Of a stretch of 64,000 bases of DNA, positions 1 to 10,531 are shown one piece after another (position 1 is the first letter of the stretch; every line of letters starts with the position of its first letter). The notes below the pieces were generated by a model. The model was given only the letters and a program-made list of their open reading frames with translations, searched no databases and was not told where the DNA came from. This DNA is from an uncultured Chloroflexia bacterium (lineage in GTDB: Bacteria; Chloroflexota; Limnocylindria; Limnocylindrales; CSP1-4): positions 1,504,001 to 1,568,000 of the forward strand of contig OY970218.1 in NCBI GenBank assembly GCA_963713975.1, read 5' to 3'. Both the position numbers and the translations under genes were made by a program.

Positions 1-1
1 C

Positions 2-940
2 TCGGGCGCGGTTCTTGGCCCCGAGGGCGGGATCGGCGGCATCTCCTCCAAGATCGCGGCGCTCTACGCCGAACGGGTCGGGATCCCCGCGGAGCAGCGC
101 TCGCGCCTCGTCTTCTCGACCCTCGCCTCCGCCTACAACGGCCTGGTGGCAAACCCGCTGTTCACAGGCGTGCTGGGCACCGAGCTCGTCAAGGACCCCG
201 CGGCGAAGAGCCGCAACATGCCTGCCAACCTGATCGGCGGCGCCATCGGCTATTTCATCTTCCTGGCGGCCGGGAGCTATGGCCTGCAGAACTACCTCCA
301 CCTGGCTCCGCCGCCGGCGTACCAGCCTGGCGACGTCATCCTCGTCGTCATCCTGGGACTCGTCGGGCTCGCCCTGGCCGTCGTCGCCGGGGGGCTGTTC
401 CGGGTCGCCGCCGCGATCTTCGGACGGCTCGAGGGTCGGGTCGTGGAGCGGGCGCTCCTGGCCGGCCTCGTCTTCAGCGCCGTCGGCATGGTTGCCCCGA
501 TCCTCCTCTTCTCGGGCGAGACCCAGGTCCAGGAGGTGGCGGCGAACCCGGCCAAGTACGGGCCGGCGATGCTCGTCGCGATGGCGCTCGTGAAGCTGGC
601 CCTGCTCGCCGTCGCATTCAAGAGCGGGTTCCTTGGCGGACCCACCTTCCCGGCGATTTTTGCCTCGACGTGTGTCGCGCTGGCGATCGGTCTGGTGTTC
701 CCGGGCATCCCTCCCGACGTGCTCATCGGCGGGATCATGGCCGGCTTCCTGATGGTCCTGTTCAAGGCACCGTTCATGGTCATCCTGCTGACCGCCGTGA
801 TGCTTCAGGCAACCCCCCAGATGCTCGGTCTCATCGTCCTGGCTGTCGCCGCCGTGATGATCGTGCAGCCATATCTCCAGGCCGCGATCGAGGCACGGCA
901 GGCATCGCGGTCGGCGCGTGGGGGACCGACACCCGGATAG
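2..940 (+). CDS. CLC-family chloride channel/transporter (YfeO-like), 5'-truncated by window
   Basis: Frame is open from the window start. CLC-like motifs GAVLGPEGG, LFSGE and GFLGGPTFP; many hydrophobic helices. Confidence 0.8.
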   Translation, partial: SGAVLGPEGGIGGISSKIAALYAERVGIPAEQRSRLVFSTLASAYNGLVANPLFTGVLGTELVKDPAAKSRNMPANLIGGAIGYFIFLAAGSYGLQNYLHLAPPPAYQPGDVILVVILGLVGLALAVVAGGLFRVAAAIFGRLEGRVVERALLAGLVFSAVGMVAPILLFSGETQVQEVAANPAKYGPAMLVAMALVKLALLAVAFKSGFLGGPTFPAIFASTCVALAIGLVFPGIPPDVLIGGIMAGFLMVLFKAPFMVILLTAVMLQATPQMLGLIVLAVAAVMIVQPYLQAAIEARQASRSARGGPTPG

Positions 941-976
941 CGTGGAGTCGCTTCCGGGCCCGGCGACCGGAGCAGG

Positions 977-3154
977 TCAGCCTGCGTCGGACGGCGGTGG
1001 CTCGGGTTCTCCGGGCGGCGACGGCGGCAAGGCCTGCAACCCGGTCCCCGGCGCGGACGCCCCCACGGGCTGGCGCGGCATCCCGATGACCTCGAGAACC
1101 GTGCGCCAGGTCGCCGCGACCACGCCGATCAGGGGGACCACGAGGAACATGCCGGCGATGCCCGCAATGGCCGAACCGGCCGGGATCGCAACCAGCACGA
1201 CCGCGGGATGCAGGTGGACCGTCTTCCCATAGACGAGCGGAGAGACGATGTTTCCGGTGACCAGGTTGAACAGGAGCGTCCAGGCGAGCATGACCGCGAC
1301 GTCGGTCGGCGTGCCAACGGCGATCGCGACCAGGAGCGCGAGCCCGGTCGAGATGAAGCCGCCGATATAGGGGATGAAGCACAGGAAGAACGACAGCACG
1401 AAGATCGGGAGCGCGAGCGGGAGGCCCAGGACCACCATGATCGCGAACTGGCTGGCGGCGCCCACCAACGAGATGGCGCCGGTGCCGATCATGTACCCAC
1501 CAAGGACGTCGAATGCGCGGCTGCCGGCGGCATCGATCACGCTCGAAGCCTCAGGTCGGACGCGGGTGAGCAACCGGCTCCACAGGCGCCCACCGTCTTT
1601 CAGGAAATAGAACGCGAGCAGGGCGCTCAGCACGGCGACCAGGAACAGCGAGCCGATCGCGGACGCCATCGCGGCCACGGCCTGGACCATCCCAGCGCCC
1701 GCGCCGGACACCGCCGACTGGAGCAGGCCGAGCGCACCACCGGCGGCATCGTTGACGGCGCTCGCGCCGCTCGTCGTCGACTGCTGGATTCCGTCGGCCT
1801 GCTCGACGAGGACGACCAAGGTGAGAGCGATCAGGGCGGTGATCGCCAGAACGCCACCGCCGACGGCGATCCCAGCGGCCTGGCCCCGGCTCCTGCCGCG
1901 CCGTGTGAGGCCGCGGACCAGCGGGTCCAGGGTGGCCGTCACGATGGTCGCGACGACCACCGGCACGGCGACCAGCGGTACCGTCACCAGCAGGGCCACG
2001 ACGAGCCCGATAAGGCCGAGACCCACAAGCAGGCGCCAGCTCCACTGCGCGACCCGATCCAGCCATGACGGCACCATGGCCGGGAGCTCCGGACGAGGCC
2101 CGGGATCCACGATGGCCACCGTCGCGGTGCCGACGGCCAGCAGCACGGCCGTCACCGGGACCGCGGCGAACAGACCGATGATCCCGGCGAGCTGGAACCC
2201 GGCGGGGAGAACGATGAGCACCAGGGCGGGGTGGATGCTCACGGCTCGCCCATAGACGGCCGGCCGGACGCCGTAGCCGAGGATGGCGTTGCGCACGGCG
2301 ATCAGCAGGATCATCACGATGACCGGGCCCGCGCCCAGGGCCGCATACGTCACCAGCAGGATGATCATCGTGGTGACGATGCCGCCGAAATAGGGGATGT
2401 AGCCGCTGAAGAAGACGAGGACGGCCAGTGGCACCGCGAGCGGGACGCCCAGCACCAGCATGAACACGAGGTCGGTCGCGGCAATGATCGCGGACAGGAT
2501 CGTCGTGCCCCGGAGGTACCCGCCCACGCGCGTCAGCGCGTCGCTGCCGGCCTCGGTGATCCGCTCACGCTTCTGGTCGCTGACTGCCTGGAAGACCCAG
2601 ACCCAGGCCCGATCGCCGTCCTGCAGGAAGAAGAACACCAGGAACGCGGCCAGGATCGACACGGTGACGACGCCCGCGGCCGCGTCGATGATTCCGCTCA
2701 CGATCTCCCCGACGCCTCCCCGGAGCGCATCGAGCGCCCCCTGCATCTGCGCACCGACCGACGGCGGGAGGTTCAGGCCGGCGGCCCACGTCCGGAACGT
2801 TTCGACCCCCGCACTCATCTGGCCCACCAGCGCTTCGGCGTACGGGAGGAACACGAGGGTGAGCAGCAGGATGGCGCCGCTGATGATCGCGAGGGCGACC
2901 GCCCATACGATGGCGGCCGCCGCCGTCCGCGAGCGGCCCTTGGCGCGGAGCCCCAAGGCGAACGGGGCGAACGCGGCGGCGACGACGATGGCGATGGCGA
3001 TGGATGCGGATACCACCCACAGGGTGGACGCCAGCACCCACAGGACGACGAGCAGCACTGCGATGACGACGATGCGCCAGCCCAGGGCAGCGAGGTTGAC
3101 CAGCCAGTCCGGGATGATCGCGGGCACGCGGTTCTGCGCCGCCGGGGCCGTCAC
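977..3154 (-). CDS. AI-2E family transporter with two tandem AI-2E domains
   Basis: Two repeats of the PxWL..LAxxxW / FFxxDG / GGY.xG / IPY.GG / P.VYG..V..HP pattern in 725 aa. Confidence 0.85.
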   Translation of the reverse strand: MTAPAAQNRVPAIIPDWLVNLAALGWRIVVIAVLLVVLWVLASTLWVVSASIAIAIVVAAAFAPFALGLRAKGRSRTAAAAIVWAVALAIISGAILLLTLVFLPYAEALVGQMSAGVETFRTWAAGLNLPPSVGAQMQGALDALRGGVGEIVSGIIDAAAGVVTVSILAAFLVFFFLQDGDRAWVWVFQAVSDQKRERITEAGSDALTRVGGYLRGTTILSAIIAATDLVFMLVLGVPLAVPLAVLVFFSGYIPYFGGIVTTMIILLVTYAALGAGPVIVMILLIAVRNAILGYGVRPAVYGRAVSIHPALVLIVLPAGFQLAGIIGLFAAVPVTAVLLAVGTATVAIVDPGPRPELPAMVPSWLDRVAQWSWRLLVGLGLIGLVVALLVTVPLVAVPVVVATIVTATLDPLVRGLTRRGRSRGQAAGIAVGGGVLAITALIALTLVVLVEQADGIQQSTTSGASAVNDAAGGALGLLQSAVSGAGAGMVQAVAAMASAIGSLFLVAVLSALLAFYFLKDGGRLWSRLLTRVRPEASSVIDAAGSRAFDVLGGYMIGTGAISLVGAASQFAIMVVLGLPLALPIFVLSFFLCFIPYIGGFISTGLALLVAIAVGTPTDVAVMLAWTLLFNLVTGNIVSPLVYGKTVHLHPAVVLVAIPAGSAIAGIAGMFLVVPLIGVVAATWRTVLEVIGMPRQPVGASAPGTGLQALPPSPPGEPEPPPSDAG

Positions 3155-3348
3155 CGGCGGGCCTCGATCGTGTCGCAGGGGTGGCGTCCCGCGGCCAGCG
3201 TGCCGTTGCCTGGAATCACCACGTGCGTGCTCTCCTGCCCGTTGACCGACGCCCCAACTCTCCGGGCTCGACGCGCCTCGAGCGGCAACTGTACCCCGAG
3301 GGCGCGACGGGCCCGGGCCAACGCGCGACGGTCACGCTGGGGCGGAGG

Positions 3349-3612
3349 TCAGTCGCCGCTGAACGAGACGGTCTTCATCAGCAGCCGGAGGACGATGGCC
3401 ACGGCGGTGGCGAACAGGGCCGAGACCCAGATGCTCGTGATCCCGTCCACCCCGGCGAACGTCGTCAGCAGCCACCCGGTGAGGAGCGCGGCGATCAGGC
3501 CGATCGCGAGGCTCGGCATCCAGCCCCGGGCCGATCGACCCCCGGCGATGACGCCGGAGATGAGCCCTGCAATGAGGCCGACGACGATCCAACCGACGAA
3601 TGTGAGGTCCAT
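3349..3612 (-). CDS. GlsB/YeaQ/YmgE (transglycosylase-associated) small membrane protein
   Basis: WIVVGLIAGLIS N-terminal motif; 87 aa with 3 TM helices. Confidence 0.75.
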   Translation of the reverse strand: MDLTFVGWIVVGLIAGLISGVIAGGRSARGWMPSLAIGLIAALLTGWLLTTFAGVDGITSIWVSALFATAVAIVLRLLMKTVSFSGD

Positions 3613-3820
3613 CGGCGGATTATGCATGGTCACAGCCACGACCACGTGCGCGATTTCGCTCGTGCCGCCGCGGGCACCCCAAACGTCGCCCGCCGGTCGC
3701 CACCGCTGCTCTACCATGATCGCCCGCGCAATGCCGTGGCGTGCCGCCAACATGAACCGGACGACGGCCGGTCCGAGCTGGACCTGCTGCGCGGCAGCGG
3801 CCAACACGAAGGGAGACCCG

Positions 3821-6010
3821 ATGCGCCGGGTGATCGAGTTCTACCGGCTCCAGTTCAAGGTCATGCGCGAATGGCAGCCGACCGGTAGCTCGCGGGTCCG
3901 CCGAATCCTCGCGACGCTGATCATCAGCATGGTCTCCATGGCCGGGGCGATCTGGCTGACGCCGGGCTTCGATGCCGTGCCGGGTGCGCCGGTGTTCGGG
4001 ACGCTGCTGCTGGCGGCGCTGGTGCTGGCCCTGCTGAACCTGTTCGTGCGCCCGGTCTTCATCGGCCTGGTCGCCGGGATCTCCGTGATCGCGGTGGCCA
4101 TCGTCACGCTCCTGTTCCAGGTGGTCACGTTCCTGTTGCTGCCGCTGTTCGTCAGCGACCTCGTCGTGAGCGGGATCCTGGCCGCGCTCGTGGCGTCGTT
4201 CATGTACGCCATCGTCACCACCGTCCTGGTGGCGATCTTCTCGGTCAGCGGCGACGACTCCTACTTCTCCCTCCTGATGCAGCAGCTGACCGCCAAGCGC
4301 GAGGGCGTGACGAAGACCGACCAGCCGGGCCTCGTCGTGATCCAGATCGACGGCCTCGCCCAACCGATCCTCGTCCGCCAGATCCGGGCCGGCCGGGTGC
4401 CCCTCCTGTCGAGCTGGGTGCGCTCGGGCCGCTATCGGCTGGGGAGCTGGGAGGCGCTGCTGCCCCCCACCACGCCCGCCAGCCAGGCAGGGATCCTCCA
4501 CGGCAACAACGACGGCATCCCCGCCTTCCGGTGGTACGAGAAGGAACAGGACCGGATCATGGTTGCCAACCATCCGGATGACGCCCTCATCGTGGCCGGC
4601 CGCATCTCGGACGGCGAGGGCCTGCTGTCCAACGATGGAGCGAGCGTCGGCAACCTGTTCTCGGGCGATGCCGCACGGTCCTACATCTCCATGGCGACGA
4701 TCAAGGACAAGAGCCAGGGGCTGGGCAAGAGCCAGTCCTACATGTCCTTCTTTGCCAGCCCGTACAACTATCTCGGCACCATCGTCCGGTTCGGCGCCGA
4801 GATCGGCAAGGAATACCTTCAGGCCCGCCGGCAGGCACGCGCCGGGATCGTCCCCCGGATGCATCGCGGGATGCCCTATCCAGTCGCGCGCGCCGCGACC
4901 AACGTCGCCCTGCGGGACCTTTCGACCTCGCTCGTCGTCGAGGAGATGTACCGCGGCGCCCCGGTGATCTACGTCGACTACACGGACTACGACGAGATCG
5001 CCCATCACAGCGGACCGGAGCGCGGAGAGACCCTCGACGCCCTGGACGGGGTGGATCGCGCGATCGGGGTCCTCGAGAAGGCCTCCCGGACCGCGCCCCG
5101 ACCGTACCGGTTCGTCGTCGTGTCCGACCATGGCCAGACCCTCGGCGCGACCTTCCTCCAGCGCTATGGCGAGACGCTCGGCGACCTGATCCGCAAGCTG
5201 ATGCAGGGTCAGGCGCAGGTCGCGGAGGCCTCCTCGAGCGTCGAGGAGTGGGGCCAGACGAACGCCTTCCTCTCGGAGCTGACGAAGAGCAAGGGAATCT
5301 CGGCCGGCATCGCGCGGGCGGCCCTGGGCTCCCGCACCACGAACGGCGTCGTAGCGCTCGGCTCTGCCGCCGAGGACCAGGCCGCGGCGGCCGCGGCCGC
5401 CGGCGATGCCCCCAAGGAGCGGTTGGACTTGATCGCCATCGCATCCGGCAACCTCGGCCTGGTGTACTTCCCGCAGATGCCCGGACGGGTGACCCTGGAA
5501 CAGCTCGCAGAGGCCCACCCCGGGCTCATCGACACGCTGGCTCGCCACCCGGGCATCGGGGCCATGCTCATCAAGTCCGAGGTGCACGGTTCCGTCGTCA
5601 TCGGCAGCGCGGGTATCAACTACCTCGAGGAGGGGCGCCACGAGGGCGTGGACCCGGTCGCGCAGTACGGCGGCCGCGCGCGCGAGGCGATCCTGCGCCT
5701 CGACGGGATGGACCACGTGCCCGACCTGTCGGTGATCAGCCTCTACGAGGCCGAGTTCGACGAGGTCGCGGCCTTCGAGGAGCTCATCGGCTCCCACGGC
5801 GGGCTCGGTGGACCCCAGACCCAGCCGGTCATCCTGTACCCGGCGGACTGGGAGCTCGACGAGGACCTGGTCGGCGCCCCGGCCGTCTATCGCCAGCTTC
5901 GCCGCTGGGCCGAGCGGCACCTCGACCTGCGGTTCGGCAAGGACGGCACGGCCGCACCGCTCCCGATGCCCGAGCGGGCCCCCGCACCGGACGAGGTGAC
6001 GGCCGCCTAG
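3821..6010 (+). CDS. 4-TM holin-like (DUF360 type) domain fused to alkaline-phosphatase-superfamily phosphodiesterase
   Basis: N-terminal LALLNLFVRP membrane domain. C-terminal QIDGL, TTPASQAGILHG, DYDEIAHH, SDHGQ and GSHGGLGG metal-site motifs. Confidence 0.8.
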   Translation: MRRVIEFYRLQFKVMREWQPTGSSRVRRILATLIISMVSMAGAIWLTPGFDAVPGAPVFGTLLLAALVLALLNLFVRPVFIGLVAGISVIAVAIVTLLFQVVTFLLLPLFVSDLVVSGILAALVASFMYAIVTTVLVAIFSVSGDDSYFSLLMQQLTAKREGVTKTDQPGLVVIQIDGLAQPILVRQIRAGRVPLLSSWVRSGRYRLGSWEALLPPTTPASQAGILHGNNDGIPAFRWYEKEQDRIMVANHPDDALIVAGRISDGEGLLSNDGASVGNLFSGDAARSYISMATIKDKSQGLGKSQSYMSFFASPYNYLGTIVRFGAEIGKEYLQARRQARAGIVPRMHRGMPYPVARAATNVALRDLSTSLVVEEMYRGAPVIYVDYTDYDEIAHHSGPERGETLDALDGVDRAIGVLEKASRTAPRPYRFVVVSDHGQTLGATFLQRYGETLGDLIRKLMQGQAQVAEASSSVEEWGQTNAFLSELTKSKGISAGIARAALGSRTTNGVVALGSAAEDQAAAAAAAGDAPKERLDLIAIASGNLGLVYFPQMPGRVTLEQLAEAHPGLIDTLARHPGIGAMLIKSEVHGSVVIGSAGINYLEEGRHEGVDPVAQYGGRAREAILRLDGMDHVPDLSVISLYEAEFDEVAAFEELIGSHGGLGGPQTQPVILYPADWELDEDLVGAPAVYRQLRRWAERHLDLRFGKDGTAAPLPMPERAPAPDEVTAA

Positions 6011-6021
6011 GAGCGAGGACG

Positions 6022-6954
6022 GTGCTGGAGCCCCGCCCCGCGCAGCCGGGAGTGGACGCCGTCGCCTGCACCACGGAGCAGGCCCAGCTCGGCGAGGGAA
6101 CGCGCTGGGATGCCCGGCGGGATGAGCTGCTGCGGGTGGACATCCTGGCTGGCCGCGTCTTCAGGGATCGGGTGGCGGGGGATGGCGGCCTGCTCCCGGT
6201 CCGCGCCTACCATGTGCCGGGAACGGTGGGGGCGGTCGCGCCCATCGAGGGCGATGAGGGCTGGCTGCTCGCGGCCGGCCGTGGCTTCCTCCACCTTGGT
6301 CCCGACGGCACCCTGCGCACGATTGCGGAGGTCTCCCCGGCCGGCACCCGCATGAACGATGCCGCCGCCGATCCCCAGGGCCGGTTCTGGGCCGGCACGC
6401 TGGCCGATGGCTTCCGGCCCGGCGGCGGCTCGCTGTACCGCCTGGACGGAACGGGCCGGATCGATCGGGTGCTGGAGGGGCTGACCATCTCGAACGGTCT
6501 CGGCTGGAGCCCGGACGGGACCACGATGTACCTGGTCGACAGCGGACCCCGGGAGATCCGGGCCTACGCGTTCGACAGCGAGCGCGGGACCATCTCCGGG
6601 GGCCGAGTCCTCGTCAGGACGTCACCGGAGACGGGCACACCGGACGGGCTGACGGTCGATGCCTCCGGGGACCTCTGGGTGGCCATCCACGGGGGTTTCT
6701 GCGTCCACCGCTACTCCCCGGACGGCACGCTCCTCCGGGTCCTGGGCGTGCCCGCCGAGCAGGTCACGTGCTGCGCGTTCGGCGGGCCCGAGATGTCGCG
6801 CCTCTACGTCACCACGGCCACCGAGGGCTGGGACGACGAGCGGCGTCGCGCCGAGCCCGGTGCGGGGCTCGTGTACCGGCTGCACACCGACGCCGTCGGT
6901 CAGCCAGCTCGCCCGTTCCGCCCGGACCCCGAGTGGTGGTCGAGCCTGGGCTAG
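6022..6954 (+). CDS. SMP-30/gluconolactonase/LRE family protein
   Basis: LGEGTRWD, RMNDAAADPQGRFWAGT, ISNGLGWSPDG and PDGLTVD motifs. Confidence 0.9.
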   Translation: MLEPRPAQPGVDAVACTTEQAQLGEGTRWDARRDELLRVDILAGRVFRDRVAGDGGLLPVRAYHVPGTVGAVAPIEGDEGWLLAAGRGFLHLGPDGTLRTIAEVSPAGTRMNDAAADPQGRFWAGTLADGFRPGGGSLYRLDGTGRIDRVLEGLTISNGLGWSPDGTTMYLVDSGPREIRAYAFDSERGTISGGRVLVRTSPETGTPDGLTVDASGDLWVAIHGGFCVHRYSPDGTLLRVLGVPAEQVTCCAFGGPEMSRLYVTTATEGWDDERRRAEPGAGLVYRLHTDAVGQPARPFRPDPEWWSSLG

Positions 6955-7048
6955 CCGGGCCGAATCGGGTCCTCGGGATACGATGGAGAGGCTACGGACG
7001 ACGCAGCCAGATGCCCCCGATGAACGGAGGGGCAAAGGAGAGCCAGGC

Positions 7049-7534
7049 ATGGCAGACAAGCAGGTAGTCCTCGGGATCTTCCCGGACGAGGCGGCTGCAG
7101 ACGCGGCGGTCGAGTCGCTCAAGGCATGGGACCAGGCGACCGACGCGATCAAGCTCGGTGCCATGGGCGTCCTGGTGGCCGACGAGGCGGGCAAGATCAA
7201 GGAGCACAAGCTCGGCGCGCGGAGCGGCAAGAAGGGCGCCGGCATCGGCCTGGTCCTGGCCGTGTTCGCACCGCCCACGCTGCTCGCCGGGCTCGTCGGC
7301 GGCGGCATCCTCGGGCACTTCTTCCACAAGGGCCTGGGCCTCACGGCCGAGGATCGCGAGCGCATCGGAGCCGAGCTCTCCGGTGGCAAGGCCGCCGTCG
7401 GCGTCCTTGCGGCTGACGAGGAGGCCGGCGCGATCGTCGGCAAGCTCTCCGAGCTGGGCGGGGTCGTCGAGGCCCACGTCGTGAGCGAGGAGGCCCTCGA
7501 GGCCGTCGCCGAGGCCGCGCCGGCCGAGGCTTGA
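7049..7534 (+). CDS. DUF1269-like membrane-associated protein
   Basis: AAGGAG RBS; central glycine-rich hydrophobic hairpin flanked by acidic segments. Confidence 0.6.
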   Translation: MADKQVVLGIFPDEAAADAAVESLKAWDQATDAIKLGAMGVLVADEAGKIKEHKLGARSGKKGAGIGLVLAVFAPPTLLAGLVGGGILGHFFHKGLGLTAEDRERIGAELSGGKAAVGVLAADEEAGAIVGKLSELGGVVEAHVVSEEALEAVAEAAPAEA

Positions 7535-7621
7535 TCGAATCGATTGGCGTTCGGCCCCGGATCGCATCGCGATCCGGGGCCGTTTGCCGTCACGAGCCCG
7601 CCCAGGGAGGTGCCCGCCGCG

Positions 7622-8302
7622 ATGGCAGAACGGGCCTCGCTCCGTCGTGATCCGTGGCGATGGGTCGGCCTGCTCTGCGTCCTGGCCTTCCTGGTCCTCG
7701 GGATCCTGGTGGTCCGTCATGGCGGCCTCGCGTTCGATGAGCCGCTCGCAGCCGCGATCCAGGGCCTGCGAATCCCCGCCTGGTTCTGGGAGGTCTGCAC
7801 CTTCCTCGGCGGGGTGATCCTGATCCCGATCGGCGTGGCGTTCGTCCTGGGGGCCGCGATCTCGCGCCGGCTGCGCCTCGCCCTGATCGTGGCCGTCGTG
7901 CTGATCACCGCGGCGCTGTTCACCGACCTCGTGAAGGACTACGTGGCTCGCCCTCGCCCGACGGCGGAGCCACTGATTCCGGAGTCCGGGTACAGCTTTC
8001 CGTCCGGCCACACGCTGACCAGCACGGCGACGTACGGGCTCCTGGCGCTCATCGCGTGGCGGAGCCAGCTCTCCCTCCTGGCCCGGCGGGCAGCGGTGGT
8101 GGCCGGAGTCGTGATCCCGCTGATGGTCGGGCTCTCGCGGATCGCCCTTGGCGTCCACTGGCCGACGGACGTGCTGGCGGGCTGGCTCATGGGAACCGCC
8201 TTCGTAGCACTGGCGGCGACGCTCATCTCAGCGGTCGGGGCGATGGAGCGCGACCTGCCGCGGCGCGGGGCCGAGCGGCCGGGCAGGGAGCCATCGGGGT
8301 GA
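7622..8302 (+). CDS. PAP2 family phosphatase
   Basis: KDYVARPRP, SFPSGH and SRIALGVHWPTD catalytic motifs. Confidence 0.92.
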   Translation: MAERASLRRDPWRWVGLLCVLAFLVLGILVVRHGGLAFDEPLAAAIQGLRIPAWFWEVCTFLGGVILIPIGVAFVLGAAISRRLRLALIVAVVLITAALFTDLVKDYVARPRPTAEPLIPESGYSFPSGHTLTSTATYGLLALIAWRSQLSLLARRAAVVAGVVIPLMVGLSRIALGVHWPTDVLAGWLMGTAFVALAATLISAVGAMERDLPRRGAERPGREPSG

Positions 8303-8348
8303 CAATGGCTGCGGGCGACGGCAGCACCAATTGGAGGTACGCGGGGTC

Positions 8349-8552
8349 ATGGGCAACGAGAACGTTGAGGACACACCGGCGGCACCGCCGCTCACGAACG
8401 AGCAGCGGCTCCGAGCGCTGACGGGCGACCGGAGGCGGAAGTCGGGCGCCAAGGGCAAGACTGCGCAGGGTGATCCGGGCCCGCAGGAGGCGGACATCGT
8501 TGATGCGGTGCGCGAGCGCTCGAGGGACCAGGGCAGGGACACCCCCTTCTGA
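8349..8552 (+). CDS. small hypothetical protein
   Basis: Fills the intergenic gap, GGAGG upstream, plausible codon use; no recognisable family. Confidence 0.4.
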   Translation: MGNENVEDTPAAPPLTNEQRLRALTGDRRRKSGAKGKTAQGDPGPQEADIVDAVRERSRDQGRDTPF

Positions 8553-8593
8553 GTCGCGCCTTCGCAGGGGCAGGTTCTGGCCCTGGATCGCCG

Positions 8594-9814
8594 TCAGGCC
8601 TGTTCCTCGGCCGCACCCGGGCCGAGCGCGCGGTGCACAACCCACTGGATCGTGCCGCCCTGGACGATCAGCGTGAACACCACGATCCCGAAGGTGATCG
8701 CCTGGAGCAGGCTCCGCTGCGGCAGACTCTCGGGAAGCGAGAGCGCGAGCGCAACGGCCACGGCGCCACGCAGTCCTGACCAGAACAGGACGTGGAGCCA
8801 GCCGATCGGGACGCCTCCTCGGGCCTTCCGGAGCAGGCGGGAGGCTCCGCCGAGCATCCCGTAGATCACGATCGCCCGGCCCACGAGCACCGCCACGATC
8901 CCGACCAGGATCGGCAGCGCCGCATCGACCAGGTCGCCCGCCGTGATCGACAGCCCGACGAGCAGGAACACGATCGCCGTCAGCGTGAATGACAGGAACT
9001 CCCAGACGGTGTCGATCGCCTCCTGGGTCCGGGCGCTCATCCCGATCCTGCGGCCGTACGTGCCCAGCGTCATCCCTGCGATCACCGTGGCGATGACGCC
9101 GGACTCGTGGAGCAGGTCAGCGACCACGTACGTCCCGTAGGCGAGCAGCACGGAGATCATGGTCTCGATCAGGTGGTCGTCCACCCGGGCGACGATCCTC
9201 GAGGCGACGAATCCGGCCACCGCGCCGATCAGGACGCTGCCGGCCAGCGTCAGGACGAACGACACGACCGCGTCGCCCACACCCACGGGCTCGCTTGTCG
9301 CCCGCAGGGCGATCGAGAACAGGACGATGGCCGTCCCGTCGTTGAGCAGGCTCTCACCCTCCACGAGCGTGGACAGCCGGCGCGACGTGCCGAGGCGCTT
9401 GAAGGTCGCGATCACCGCGATCGGGTCCGTGGCCGAGACCATCGCCCCGACGACGAACGCGAGGTCGAGGGGAAGACCCGTTACCAGGTGGAGCGCCAGC
9501 GCCACTACCGCCGCCGTGACGAGCACTCCCGGGATGGCGAGCAGCGCGACCCCGCCGAACGTCTTGCGCAGGCTGTCGAGATCGGTCTGGAACGACGCCT
9601 CGAAGACGAGGCCGGGCAGGAGCACCAGGAGGACCAGTTCGGGCGTGACCTCGAACACCCGGCCCGGCAGGAGGTAGGCCACGGCAAGCCCGCACAGAAC
9701 CAGCGCCACCGAGTACGGGACGCCGATCCGACGGGACACGAGCGCGACCAGGACGGCCGCCGCCAGCAGGCCCGTGAACAGCTCGACGGTCAGGACCGCC
9801 GTCTCACCGGTCAT
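8594..9814 (-). CDS. CPA1 family Na+/H+ antiporter
   Basis: SATDPIAV, EGESLLNDGTA and WSGLRGAV motifs. Confidence 0.92.
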   Translation of the reverse strand: MTGETAVLTVELFTGLLAAAVLVALVSRRIGVPYSVALVLCGLAVAYLLPGRVFEVTPELVLLVLLPGLVFEASFQTDLDSLRKTFGGVALLAIPGVLVTAAVVALALHLVTGLPLDLAFVVGAMVSATDPIAVIATFKRLGTSRRLSTLVEGESLLNDGTAIVLFSIALRATSEPVGVGDAVVSFVLTLAGSVLIGAVAGFVASRIVARVDDHLIETMISVLLAYGTYVVADLLHESGVIATVIAGMTLGTYGRRIGMSARTQEAIDTVWEFLSFTLTAIVFLLVGLSITAGDLVDAALPILVGIVAVLVGRAIVIYGMLGGASRLLRKARGGVPIGWLHVLFWSGLRGAVAVALALSLPESLPQRSLLQAITFGIVVFTLIVQGGTIQWVVHRALGPGAAEEQA

Positions 9815-10069
9815 CGCTACCGCCGCCCCGCCCGCACGGGCCGGCTCACGTGGTTCACGCCTGACAGTCTAGGCGTCGCCGGGACCCGCACGCGGCCGGA
9901 TCTCCGGCTCCACCTTGGGGTCCGTCGCCGCCGCCACCGGTGCGCAGCCCGCTCACCTGGCGGATGTTGCCGTTGAGGGCCGTGCGGTGGGCGTCACCGC
10001 ATCGTGGATCGACGCCGTGGAGCCAGGTGGCATCATTCGGGTTTCGCCGCTCGGCGCCGCGCGGCCGGG

Positions 10070-10531
10070 TCAGGCGTCGGTGTCGAGCCGCTCGGGCTCC
10101 AGGACCAGCACGTCCCTGCGTGCGAACACCCCCAGGAACTGGACGCCGCACAGGAAGAGGGCCACGCCGAGCCCGGTGTAGAAGAAGGCGATCACCCAGT
10201 CCGGTATGACGTGCGAGAGCCGGAGGGCCATGCCACCGGCCATCATCCCCGCCATCACCGCCCATGACGGGCCATTGAAGAACTGCCAGAACGGGAGCCG
10301 CTCCTCCTCGCGCGAGCGGATCCGGCTGGTGTGCTTCCGGACGAGCCGGGAGAAGACCAGGGAGTAGAACGCGAGGAAGACGACGACCGCGAGCGGCACC
10401 AGGAGCAGGTGCTCCGGCGCCAGCTGGAATTCCAGGGGAACTCCGACCAGGGTGACAATCGCGCCAGCCACGCACCAGACGAGGCCAGCGATGAGCATCA
10501 GGTAGTTCTTCGGGACGTGGACGCCGCGCAC
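10070..10531 (-). CDS. hypothetical membrane protein (4 TM)
   Basis: Hydrophobic ORF with LIAGLVW and FYTGLGVAL segments; start uncertain. Confidence 0.6.
   Translation of the reverse strand: MRGVHVPKNYLMLIAGLVWCVAGAIVTLVGVPLEFQLAPEHLLLVPLAVVVFLAFYSLVFSRLVRKHTSRIRSREEERLPFWQFFNGPSWAVMAGMMAGGMALRLSHVIPDWVIAFFYTGLGVALFLCGVQFLGVFARRDVLVLEPERLDTDA

Noticed and set aside
2231-3820. Long 5' extension of the 1259-aa ORF and other long overlapping ORFs (e.g. 3620-5920, 21644-23977, 55325-57109, 58351-60225)
   Set aside because: Antisense or shadow frames typical of high-GC DNA, overlapping well-supported genes.
3821-4260. Holin-like domain as a prophage marker
   Set aside because: No phage genes nearby, and it is fused to a cellular enzyme.
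9815-10069. Inverted repeats upstream of the Na+/H+ antiporter as an ion-sensing riboswitch
   Set aside because: No match to nhaA-I or fluoride consensus that I can recognise; the short GC-rich stems are consistent with chance.
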